In this document: piece after piece, positions 26,068-34,989 of the stretch | How positions within the stretch are numbered: position 1 is the first letter of the stretch | Layout of the letters: the number at the start of each line of letters is the position of its first letter | From: a virus | Taxonomy: Duplodnaviria; Heunggongvirae; Uroviricota; Caudoviricetes | DNA: 64,000 nt | Virus record (IMG/VR): IMGVR_UViG_3300008108_000013 | Strand: one strand, 5' to 3' | Notes under the pieces: generated by a model | Seen by the model: the letters and a program-made list of their open reading frames with translations, nothing else | Databases searched by the model: none | What the model was told of the DNA's origin: nothing | Translations under genes and position numbers: made by a program

Positions 26068-27534
26068 TTATGCCTCCTGAGAAGGTGTTGGTCTAACAAA
26101 CATTTCAAATGTATCTGTTGTTAGAGAATAGTTAGTCCAGGCAGTTGGTACTGGTATATCAGCGCCTTGTGACGAATCTGTTTTTTCTGGAGAAACTGCT
26201 AGAGGATCTAGGTTCTCATGATGTGGCCAAGGTTCGTGGGTAGGAACTCGCAACATAATTGATTCTATAGATACCTCGCCGGTTTCATCCGGTAAGTTAT
26301 AAGTTTTTAATGGCTCGACTGCAATAGCGCCGGTGGAGCTATTCATGTAAATTTTTCCTCCAGTAGATTCGATATGATTTGCTCCGCTGTTAATGTGTGA
26401 AGATCCGCCGGAGGTAATAAATGTACTCGAGCCTGAATAAACTTTTGTATTAACTACCGATTCTATCTGCGATGTTCCTCCGGCTTTGATATTAATATTT
26501 CTTTTAGCTTCTAAATTTATATCTCTATCTGCAAGGATGTTTAAATCATTTTTTGTATGAATGCTGATGCTGTCCTCAGCGTAAATGTCTATCTTACCAT
26601 TACTAGATAACTCTATCCAAGATGTACCTTTAGCATTACCGATATAAATTAGGTCTTCAGAGTTGTGTAGCAGTATTTGATGGCCTGTTCTAGTCCTAAT
26701 CCTTACAAGCTCGTTGTGTGGAACATCTAGCAAACCGCTAAAGTCTTCATTCTCAACACTAGCGTACTCAGGAGGGCCTTCTCCGGCTAGCGTCTTTCTT
26801 AAAAAGTATGAGTCGCCATCATCCATCACAAAAGTCGTGCCGCCTAGCCTGCTAACTGGAACATTGGCGAAGTCGTCTTTTGTGCCTACTTCGCCCTTTG
26901 GTCCGGCTTCATCGACTGGCCCCGGGGTAGATATTCCAAAAACTGTACTTGGTACTTCTCGTCTTGCACTACTAGTTGTTATTCCTCGAGTGTCGTCTTT
27001 AATAAGTCCCTGTTCTACTAATCTCTCAGTAAACAAATGTTGTGGTTTAGGAATCTTTGTAGGAGTCTTAACTTGGTCATTTATTTTCCTATTAAATTCT
27101 GCTACAGGTACACGCTCTTCAACACCGTCAATGTTATACTTTGTTGCGGCAAGTCCAGGAACAGAAAAATTCATATCATCATCAGGAACACACCCGATAT
27201 AGTATCCAAACTTTGGACTACCTTGCATGAACAGAACAATTACTGTATTGCCAACATCTGGCGGAATCATCCACATACCGTAACTCTTTTGTGTGCTATC
27301 GTAATCGTCTTGTTTCTTGGTGTAATTACTACTAGTAGACCCAAAGAACGGACTCATATATTTGACTGGCAGATGTTGTCCTCTGTAATTACTGTTTCCA
27401 GAACCTGCATGGATTAATTTTACTTGAAGCATTCCGTTAAACGAAGGATCAAGAATACCTGTTACAGTCGCAAGATATATACCCGGGGCAACCGGAGGCA
27501 TATCTGATGATATAGTTACGTTATTGTCACTCAT
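26068..27534 (-). CDS. Baseplate central spike, gp5/VgrG-like, without lysozyme domain (488 aa)
   Basis: OB-fold-type N-terminus (DP..G..QV, YGMWMIPPDVGNTVIV), RTRTGHQILL, short beta repeats, His-rich C-terminus THEPWPHHE; lies next to gp25. Confidence 0.75.
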   Translation of the reverse strand: MSDNNVTISSDMPPVAPGIYLATVTGILDPSFNGMLQVKLIHAGSGNSNYRGQHLPVKYMSPFFGSTSSNYTKKQDDYDSTQKSYGMWMIPPDVGNTVIVLFMQGSPKFGYYIGCVPDDDMNFSVPGLAATKYNIDGVEERVPVAEFNRKINDQVKTPTKIPKPQHLFTERLVEQGLIKDDTRGITTSSARREVPSTVFGISTPGPVDEAGPKGEVGTKDDFANVPVSRLGGTTFVMDDGDSYFLRKTLAGEGPPEYASVENEDFSGLLDVPHNELVRIRTRTGHQILLHNSEDLIYIGNAKGTSWIELSSNGKIDIYAEDSISIHTKNDLNILADRDINLEAKRNINIKAGGTSQIESVVNTKVYSGSSTFITSGGSSHINSGANHIESTGGKIYMNSSTGAIAVEPLKTYNLPDETGEVSIESIMLRVPTHEPWPHHENLDPLAVSPEKTDSSQGADIPVPTAWTNYSLTTDTFEMFVRPTPSQEA

Positions 27535-29738
27535 TAATATAATCCGTTTCCATTAGGGTCGGTTGCATAACCTTTTTTATCTGATTCAGGTACAGGAGTA
27601 TTAGAACTCATTGTTTTCTTCGGATCTGGAGCTTTCTTAGATTCTTGTAGAGGTCGTCTATTTCCTTTTAGAGTTTGTCTAAAACTTCCGCCTCTGAAAA
27701 TATTAGTCACTCTATTGATTCTATAAAGTCCACTGAATCCTAGTGTAGGACTTGCTCCCGAGGCTGACGAGATATCGAAAATATTAGGAGATTTAAAATC
27801 ATACATTCCTGTAGTTTGATTAATATCAAAGGGACTACGAAAATTTACTAATATATCAACTTCACCGTTTTGCCAATTAACTGATCCATCCTTGTTTAAA
27901 TCTTTTACACCATCTACTGATTTTGCTGTATAATTACCGAGACCGCTGTTAACGACCCAGTACGGGTCGCCTACTATATCCATATTAAGAACAACCATAT
28001 CGTTTGGATTAGTTATAGCATTATGGAATACCTTGGCAGCTCTCATAGCCGGTGTTTCTGTGCCGCCGCCCCCAAGTCGGTCATATGCTGTTTCTAATAA
28101 TATCGGAAGATTTTGCGTCGTACCGTAATTACCTGGCTGATCAGGAGGTAAAGATCCTTTCTGTACATCTTTTACCGGAGCAGATGGATCAATTGATTGC
28201 GCTTTCCTTTCTGCTAGGGACTGATCAGCAGATCCTTTATAATTGTCTGCGGCAAGAATATTAGTAAAGCCTACACTAAAATCAATATCAAATTTTAGTA
28301 TTTCTGTATTTTTTCCTGTATAGATATAATTGTATTCTTTTACTACCTGCTGGCGAATGTTAGTATAGCCTGGTGGTGGTTCGTTAACTGCCGTAATTGC
28401 GCCAGAGTGTGCTTTATAAGGTATTACTCTATAAACTAGTATCCTTGGATATACTCCTGTTTTCTTAACATTCTCAGGACTATCAATATAATACACCTGC
28501 GTATCTATTCTCCACCATGTACGCATACCGTCATTATCTAATTTGTTTTCTTTTAATTGATTTTCTGCGTACTTACTAGTCAATAGTACTTGATTAATCA
28601 CAGAAGGAATGTCCATTTGTTTACCAAATTTCAAAGTTCCTTCTTCGGGATTAACTTGTAAACTTCCTCTAGACCACTTGCCAGTCTTTTCGTCAACTGT
28701 ATCTCCTTCTTTAGCTAAAGAACCATCTGCTTTTCGAGCATAGCTGAATCCCATAGCGGAGCTTCCGATCTCATTAACAGCACCCGCGGATTGTACTAGA
28801 GTCTTGTTAACAGGACTTTGTGCTACTCCTAATTTTTTATTAATGTCAGCCGCAGTACTTGAGGGTTGAGCTGTTGCTGTACTCGCTGTTGCGCCGCCAG
28901 TTGGAGCATTAGCTGACGATGCCGATGACGCTATTTCTTTAGGGAATAGTATTACTACTTCGTCAGGAACCTCAACTGTTCCTTTATCTTTATATTCTTT
29001 AAGATGTTGATTAACAACAGCCTGTAAACTTTGTTCACCGGTTTGTAAAATTTCTTGTACAGTCTTTCCTTTAATTGATGAGTCAGTTTTTAAATTAGCG
29101 TATCGTGTTGTTAATGCTTCCGAGTTTGTTGCATAACCTATGCACGAGTATCTAGAACCTTGTTCACTGCCTCGCATTGTAATCGTACTAAATTTAAAAG
29201 GTATATGTCTTGTTGAAAATGGAATCTTAGACAATGTTCCTGTTTCAGTATTTCCTCTAAATTCGATTGTTAACAAAAACGGAGCATCTCTCCAGTTTTT
29301 AAATCCTTGCTGATATGCCGCGCTTTGCAAAGATAACATAAACACACCTAAACTGTAAGGCTCAACTATATCAAACTGAAGTGTAGTCACGTTAGTGGAA
29401 CGAGCATCTTCTAATCCTATGACACTTTCAAAATTAAGGTTATCAAGAAAATAGTCATACTTTCCATAAAATGTGTTTACACGATTATCAGGATCTGCGC
29501 CTGCACTTTTACAAATTAAAGGTAATACTTTTCCCGCTCTATAAGAAATGTCAGGATAGTTTGCATCATTAATAGACATCGAGCTAATGCCGATTACATA
29601 GGTATAGCTTGCATACTTTGATAATACATTCTGTGCAGGAAGTGCGCCACCGAGCGGAGATGCTAGTTTTCCAACGCTAGTAAATGCTGATTTTACTGAC
29701 GATGCTACAGATGCAATTGATCCTAAAATATTTGTCAT
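27534..29738 (-). CDS. Baseplate hub/tail protein, gp27-like position (734 aa)
   Basis: Between the gp53-like and spike genes; C-terminal IVGDP...FSGLYRINRVTNIFRGGSFRQTL is typical of hub proteins. Confidence 0.6.
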   Translation of the reverse strand: MTNILGSIASVASSVKSAFTSVGKLASPLGGALPAQNVLSKYASYTYVIGISSMSINDANYPDISYRAGKVLPLICKSAGADPDNRVNTFYGKYDYFLDNLNFESVIGLEDARSTNVTTLQFDIVEPYSLGVFMLSLQSAAYQQGFKNWRDAPFLLTIEFRGNTETGTLSKIPFSTRHIPFKFSTITMRGSEQGSRYSCIGYATNSEALTTRYANLKTDSSIKGKTVQEILQTGEQSLQAVVNQHLKEYKDKGTVEVPDEVVILFPKEIASSASSANAPTGGATASTATAQPSSTAADINKKLGVAQSPVNKTLVQSAGAVNEIGSSAMGFSYARKADGSLAKEGDTVDEKTGKWSRGSLQVNPEEGTLKFGKQMDIPSVINQVLLTSKYAENQLKENKLDNDGMRTWWRIDTQVYYIDSPENVKKTGVYPRILVYRVIPYKAHSGAITAVNEPPPGYTNIRQQVVKEYNYIYTGKNTEILKFDIDFSVGFTNILAADNYKGSADQSLAERKAQSIDPSAPVKDVQKGSLPPDQPGNYGTTQNLPILLETAYDRLGGGGTETPAMRAAKVFHNAITNPNDMVVLNMDIVGDPYWVVNSGLGNYTAKSVDGVKDLNKDGSVNWQNGEVDILVNFRSPFDINQTTGMYDFKSPNIFDISSASGASPTLGFSGLYRINRVTNIFRGGSFRQTLKGNRRPLQESKKAPDPKKTMSSNTPVPESDKKGYATDPNGNGLY

Positions 29739-29739
29739 T

Positions 29740-30042
29740 TTATAATCCTAACACAGTTCTTAAACTGCTGTTCTTCGGAATATAAATTTTCTTTCCTGGA
29801 ACAAAATCAAAGATTGGATCTTGTAAGACATCTAGATTTCTTTGTATAAAGACCCACCAGAGGCTAGGTTCACCGTATAAATCAAATGCTAACAAATCTG
29901 GACGATATGTATATTGTGCTTCGATTGTGTATAAAAAATCATCTGGTTCAGCACTAACTGGTCTAATTTTTAGAATGTCTAGATAGTCTTGAGATATTTC
30001 TGTAGTAAACCATGGGCTGGTATTTGTATAGTTTGCTGACAT
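29740..30042 (-). CDS. gp53: LysM-like baseplate wedge protein, gp53-like (100 aa)
   Basis: YRPDLLAFDLYGEPSLWWVF...N...DP...G..IYIP motif. Confidence 0.8.
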   Translation of the reverse strand: MSANYTNTSPWFTTEISQDYLDILKIRPVSAEPDDFLYTIEAQYTYRPDLLAFDLYGEPSLWWVFIQRNLDVLQDPIFDFVPGKKIYIPKNSSLRTVLGL

Positions 30043-30043
30043 A

Positions 30044-31048
30044 TTAAATGTATCCGAATCCGCCGTTTAAATATCCGCCAGTAACAAATCTGTCAAGGCT
30101 AAATTTACGAGCACTTGAACGACTGTACATTGGCATTAGGCTAATTGTAAATTGACTCTTTGCTGGTACATAAGCTCGGCCACCACTAGTTGATCCTCCG
30201 ATACCAAAGGCACCTAACAGACCTGCTACTTGGCTAACTCCGCCTGCAATATTACTAATTGTACTAGTTATTCCTGGAATGCCTCCACCTAATGTTTCTC
30301 CTAATGTATCTGCAAGGCCGCCAATGCTGTCTGCTACACCTGCTACTGCGCCGGCGGCTGAACCAACAACATCGGTTGAGATATAATCTGAATCTTGTGG
30401 TAACTGTAAATTAAATGAAGTAATAACCACCGGAACATTCTTGAACACATAATTACCGTAGCCATTCAACAAGACTACCGGAGGAGGATTTCCTGCCTTT
30501 GGATCATTTCCGCTAAACATTTTGGACGCACTACGTAAATAATGAACTGCCGCAATCCAATATAATGCTTGAGAACTATCTTCAACGTTCATTGGTGCTG
30601 TAATTTCAATAGATCCAGGATCACTATTCCTAAAAGACTGGAATGTAAAATTAGAATGAACTATCTGATCTTGGCCGTACTTTGCAGAAGACCTTACAGC
30701 AATTTGTGGCGTATAGGGAAATATCAAGCCGCCTGATTCTTTGAGCGGTTTAAGCACAGGACTATTTCTAAAACTAGTCCACGTTGGGAGACTTAGTCTG
30801 ACACGCCAATCATTTGCATTTGCATCACCGCCGAAGGATGCTATAGCACTAGTAATGTCACCGATTGCTTCGCCTGCGGCTGGAAGGTTAACTGCTCGTA
30901 TAGCACTAACTACACCGCCAGTTTGGTACCCTGTGCTAATAGCGGCACTTAATCTACTAGCAGTTCCTACTGCATTTGCGGCAGCACCGAATGTTGCCGA
31001 TGTTGATGCGATTTTTGAATTAAAACTTTGTCCTCTAGTAACTGCCAT
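30044..31048 (-). CDS. Tail tube initiator/baseplate-tube junction protein, gp48/gp54-like (334 aa)
   Basis: FPYTPQI and GNPPPVVLLNGYG.Y.F..VPVVITSF motifs of tube-initiator proteins; first gene of the baseplate operon. Confidence 0.55.
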   Translation of the reverse strand: MAVTRGQSFNSKIASTSATFGAAANAVGTASRLSAAISTGYQTGGVVSAIRAVNLPAAGEAIGDITSAIASFGGDANANDWRVRLSLPTWTSFRNSPVLKPLKESGGLIFPYTPQIAVRSSAKYGQDQIVHSNFTFQSFRNSDPGSIEITAPMNVEDSSQALYWIAAVHYLRSASKMFSGNDPKAGNPPPVVLLNGYGNYVFKNVPVVITSFNLQLPQDSDYISTDVVGSAAGAVAGVADSIGGLADTLGETLGGGIPGITSTISNIAGGVSQVAGLLGAFGIGGSTSGGRAYVPAKSQFTISLMPMYSRSSARKFSLDRFVTGGYLNGGFGYI

Positions 31049-31071
31049 ATCTATTTCCCCATTTGGTAAAG

Positions 31072-31079
31072 TATTTATT
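31072..31079 (-). promoter_or_regulatory. T4-type late promoter (AATAAATA) for the baseplate operon
   Basis: 23 nt upstream of ATG 31048, with a GGGGA SD in between. Confidence 0.65.
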
Positions 31080-31107
31080 TGACTTTATAAACTGCGTAGT
31101 TTATAAT
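31079..31107 (+). promoter_or_regulatory. Host sigma70 promoter for the gp55-gp47-gp46 operon
   Basis: TTGACT (31079-84), a 17-nt spacer and TATAAT (31102-07), followed by a GGAG SD and ATG 31133. Confidence 0.85.
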
Positions 31108-31132
31108 TGTACAATCCGGAGACTGAATTATA

Positions 31133-31972
31133 ATGACATTACAACCGAAAGTTAACTACCTAAACAACAAGGATATGTTGTCGGAAATACACAAATCAAA
31201 AAGTTCTTACTGTAGTTTTACCGACCCAAAGTACCATCAATACGATATTATTTTACCCAATATTGAAAAAATTAACATTAGAACTATAGCAGAAGCCAAG
31301 CGTAATAGGGCTAAAAGGCAAGGCGACGAAGAATATGCTAAACGCAAAGCCGCTGGTGAAAAGATCAAACTAGCAGATTGCGAAGTTGATTATAAAAAGA
31401 TTGCCAAAACAGATTTAATTTTTAGGATCATGACGTTTGATCATATTCCTACAAACGTTGGCAGAAAAAAGAATCCTAAAAGTACAGCAGACAAACACGA
31501 TAAAGTCAATTTTCCACCATTCCAACACTGGAAATTTGACGATAATGACCAGTTAGTATGTGTTGGCAAGAGCCACTGGAAAGGCGATTTAATCAAAGGA
31601 CACTTTGATAAGGATGCCGGACAAATAACAAACAATCTTGCACGGATGATGATCAAATTGTGTGAACGATATGCTACTAGGGGCAACGTTCGTGGCTATA
31701 CTTATAACGATGAAATGAAGGGACAAGCTATTTTACAGTTAACACAAATAGGTCTACAGTTTGATGAGAGTAAGTCCGATAATCCGTTTGCTTATTTTAC
31801 TGCCGCTGTCACAAATTCATTTGTCAGGGTTATTAATATTGAAAAACGGAATCAGAATATTAGAGATGATATTTTAGAAATGAACGGTATGAATCCAAGT
31901 TATTCTAGAACAGGACAAGGCGAACACGAAGCCGCAATGAAACGCCATAGCGAAGGATCAAGCGATGAGTAA
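31133..31972 (+). CDS. gp55: Late-transcription sigma factor, T4 gp55-like (279 aa)
   Basis: NYLNNKDML N-terminus and N.RGYTYNDEM...FD..KS.NPFAYFT....NSF.R.I..EK are gp55-family motifs. The gp55-gp47-gp46 order matches T4-like phages. Confidence 0.85.
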   Translation: MTLQPKVNYLNNKDMLSEIHKSKSSYCSFTDPKYHQYDIILPNIEKINIRTIAEAKRNRAKRQGDEEYAKRKAAGEKIKLADCEVDYKKIAKTDLIFRIMTFDHIPTNVGRKKNPKSTADKHDKVNFPPFQHWKFDDNDQLVCVGKSHWKGDLIKGHFDKDAGQITNNLARMMIKLCERYATRGNVRGYTYNDEMKGQAILQLTQIGLQFDESKSDNPFAYFTAAVTNSFVRVINIEKRNQNIRDDILEMNGMNPSYSRTGQGEHEAAMKRHSEGSSDE

Positions 31973-32978
31973 TCTTTTTAAAAAAGCCGCGTGTTTTACA
32001 GATATACACTTCGGTTTAAAATCTAACAGCGGAGTACATAATCAAGATTGTGAAGATTTTGTTGATTGGTACATCGCGAAAGCAAAGGAGGAAGGATGTG
32101 ATACAGGAATATTTCTTGGAGATTGGCATCATAATCGTAACAGTCTTAATATCACTACTATGGATTATAGCCTCAGAGCGTTGGAAAAGCTGGGTAGTGC
32201 CTTTGATCAGTTTTTCTTTTTTCCTGGTAACCATGATCTTTATTATAAAGATAAACGCGACATACATTCTGTTGAATTTGGAAAGTACATTCCCGGTATT
32301 ACCGTTGTACACCACCCGATGACTGAAGGTGACGTTACCCTTTGCCCGTGGCTAGTCGGGGAAGAGTGGAAGCAGATCGGTAAAAAGAAAGCCAAATACA
32401 TTTTTGGTCACTTTGAACTGCCGCACTTTTACATGAACGCTATGGTTGCTATGCCAGACCACGGTGAGATTCAGTTAGACGCATTCCAAGGTTACGATCT
32501 AGGGTTTAGTGGACACTTTCACAAACGCCAAAGTAAAGGTAATATGCACTATATCGGCAATGCTTTTCCGCACAATTATGCTGACGCATGGGACGATGAA
32601 CGAGGTATGATGATATTAGAGTGGGGTGGGCAACCAGAATACTATAGTTGGCCTGGACAACCGACATTCCGTACTGTAACTCTAAGCAGACTAATCGATG
32701 AAGCAGACAGTTTAATACTACCAAAGCAACATTTACGTGTAACATTAGATATCGATATCAGCTATGAAGAAGCAAGTTTTATCAAAGAAAAGTTTATGGG
32801 CGATTACGATATACGTGAATTGACTTTGATTGCAGAAAAGAAAGCTGTTGAAATTGATACTAATATAGATATCCAATCTTTTGAATCAGTCGACCAGATT
32901 GTGTCCAGTCAACTTGTAAACATTGAAAGCGACACGTATAATAAAAACACGCTACTAGCGATCTACAATAACCTATGA
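31965..32978 (+). CDS. gp47: Recombination nuclease, Mre11/SbcD family (T4 gp47-like)
   Basis: Metallophosphoesterase motifs DIHFG, GDWHH, GNHD, GHFE and SGHFH. Confidence 0.95.
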   Translation: MSNLFKKAACFTDIHFGLKSNSGVHNQDCEDFVDWYIAKAKEEGCDTGIFLGDWHHNRNSLNITTMDYSLRALEKLGSAFDQFFFFPGNHDLYYKDKRDIHSVEFGKYIPGITVVHHPMTEGDVTLCPWLVGEEWKQIGKKKAKYIFGHFELPHFYMNAMVAMPDHGEIQLDAFQGYDLGFSGHFHKRQSKGNMHYIGNAFPHNYADAWDDERGMMILEWGGQPEYYSWPGQPTFRTVTLSRLIDEADSLILPKQHLRVTLDIDISYEEASFIKEKFMGDYDIRELTLIAEKKAVEIDTNIDIQSFESVDQIVSSQLVNIESDTYNKNTLLAIYNNL

Positions 32979-34753
32979 TTAGAATAAAAGAATTAACAGT
33001 AAAAAACTTTATGAGTGTGGGTAATCAAACCCAAGCAGTTGATTTTGATAAAGAAAACTTAACTCTTGTCTTAGGCGAAAACTTAGACATGGGCGGAGAT
33101 GACAGCGGATCACGCAACGGTACTGGTAAAACTACCATAGTCAATGCCCTAAGTTATGCGTTATTTGGGAACGCCCTTACTAATATTAAGAAAGACAATT
33201 TAATTAACAAGATTAACAATAAGAACATGTTAGTTACGTTGGCGTTTGAAAAGGACGGGCAATCGTATCGTATCGAGCGTGGGCGTAAACCCAATATTCT
33301 ACAGTTTTATGTTAACGATATAGAGCAAGAAACTGAAGAAACGGATGATGCCCAAGGAGATATGCGGGAAACGCAGAAAGATCTAGACGATCTGCTGGGT
33401 ATGAGTCACGATATGTTCAAACATATAGTAGCTTTAAACACGTACACCGAACCGTTCTTATCAATGAAGGCCAATGAACAACGTGCTATTATTGAACAGT
33501 TATTAGGTATAACGATTCTTTCAGAGAAAGCAGAAACACTAAAAGAACTTATTCGATCTACTAAAGACGAAATTACACAAGAGTCAGCTAGAATTGAAGC
33601 AACTAAAAAATCCAATGAAGGCATTCAAAAAAGCATCGACAGTCTGATTACTAAACAAACAGCGTGGAACACTCAGCGAGACAACGATGTTGAAAAAATT
33701 GGTCGTGCTATAATTGAATTAGAAAATGTAGATATTGAAGCTGAGCTTGCGAAGCACAGCGACCTAAAACTTTTCGAAGAAAAGTCAGCGAAGCTGAAAA
33801 GCCTAAACAAGGAACGTGCTACGTTAGAAAGCGCGACAGCGCAAGCAGAGCGAAGCGTAAAAAAATACGCAACGGAGTTGCAGTCGCTGGCAAACAAAAA
33901 ATGCCATGCTTGTGAACAAGACTTACATGATCACAAGCATGAAGAAATGACTGCTACTGCTACTCAAAACTTATCAGAGGCTCAAAAGTATCAGGACAAG
34001 GTCCAAAGCGACTTGAATAAAATACTGACAGAAATAACCAGCATTGGAGAGTTAAGTAATAAACCGACTACTTACTATGATACCCTAGAGCAGGCACTCA
34101 AACATCAGAACAATCTCAAAACATTAGAAACACAACTGACCGTTAGAGCAGGAGAGCAGGATCCCTATCAAGAACAGATCGAAGAACTGATGAATACTGC
34201 CATGCAAGAGATTACCTGGGATCAAGTCAACGAATTGACCAGTCTTAAAGACCACCAAGAGTTTTTACTTAAACTACTGACCAGCAAGGATTCGTTTATA
34301 CGTAAAAAGATTATCGATCAAAATCTAGCATACTTGAACAATCGCTTGACCTACTATCTAGACAAGATGGGTCTACCACATACTGTAGTATTCCAAAACG
34401 ATCTTAATGTAGAGATCACACAGCTAGGACAGGATCTAGACTTTGATAATCTTAGTAGAGGCGAGCGTAATAGACTAATACTTGGTTTATCTTGGGCTTT
34501 CCGTGATGTGTGGGAAAGTTTGTATCAGAATATTAACTTATTGTTTGTTGACGAACTTGTAGACAACGGACTTGACGCATCAGGTGTTGAAAATGCTCTA
34601 GCAGTATTGAAAAAGATGTCACGAGAACGTAGCAAGAATATATTCTTGATCAGTCACAAGGACGAACTAGTAGGTCGTGTTAACAACGTGCTCAAGGTAA
34701 TCAAAGAAAACGGGTTTACCAGCTACGCAACTGATCTGGAGATCAGTGAGTGA
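32975..34753 (+). CDS. gp46: Recombination ATPase, Rad50/SbcC family (T4 gp46-like)
   Basis: Walker A NGTGKTT, coiled coils with a central zinc hook CHAC, signature LSRGE, Walker B LLFVDE, ISH switch. Confidence 0.95.
   Translation: MIRIKELTVKNFMSVGNQTQAVDFDKENLTLVLGENLDMGGDDSGSRNGTGKTTIVNALSYALFGNALTNIKKDNLINKINNKNMLVTLAFEKDGQSYRIERGRKPNILQFYVNDIEQETEETDDAQGDMRETQKDLDDLLGMSHDMFKHIVALNTYTEPFLSMKANEQRAIIEQLLGITILSEKAETLKELIRSTKDEITQESARIEATKKSNEGIQKSIDSLITKQTAWNTQRDNDVEKIGRAIIELENVDIEAELAKHSDLKLFEEKSAKLKSLNKERATLESATAQAERSVKKYATELQSLANKKCHACEQDLHDHKHEEMTATATQNLSEAQKYQDKVQSDLNKILTEITSIGELSNKPTTYYDTLEQALKHQNNLKTLETQLTVRAGEQDPYQEQIEELMNTAMQEITWDQVNELTSLKDHQEFLLKLLTSKDSFIRKKIIDQNLAYLNNRLTYYLDKMGLPHTVVFQNDLNVEITQLGQDLDFDNLSRGERNRLILGLSWAFRDVWESLYQNINLLFVDELVDNGLDASGVENALAVLKKMSRERSKNIFLISHKDELVGRVNNVLKVIKENGFTSYATDLEISE
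33738..33889 (+). other. Cluster of C(GNA)G triloop hairpins embedded in the gp46 CDS
   Basis: TGC-GAA-GCA 33748-56, ACTTTTC-GAA-GAAAAGT 33769-85, TCAGC-GAA-GCTGA 33785-97, AACGT-GCT-ACGTT 33813-25, GCGAAGC 33850-56 and GCAAC-GGA-GTTGC 33869-81. Most are enclosed by CAGCGAC (33757-63)/GTCGCTG (33883-89). Confidence 0.7.
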
Positions 34754-34989
34754 TGCGGCCGCAGGACGAAGAACTACATGCAGAGTTACTGCGTGTGTTC
34801 CGAGAATACTTCGAAGCTAACCAACAGTGGCTCAACGAAGGTACTAAAGTGTCTGCAATTCGTCTACGTAAAAAATTATCGGAAATCCGTCGCGTTTGTT
34901 CTAAGCGCAGAGTTGCGATCCGCGAGTGGGCCGTTGATAAAGAACAGCAGTTAGAAGCAAGAAAAGAGCGTAGAAAAAATAATGTCTGA
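34750..34989 (+). CDS. Small basic protein resembling the histone H1-like Hc1 N-terminal domain (79 aa)
   Basis: EGTKVSAIRLRKKLSEIRRVCSKRR resembles the Hc1-type GNKAAgxRaRKxxxElxKxxKxxR helix pair; very K/R-rich. Confidence 0.5.
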   Translation: MMRPQDEELHAELLRVFREYFEANQQWLNEGTKVSAIRLRKKLSEIRRVCSKRRVAIREWAVDKEQQLEARKERRKNNV

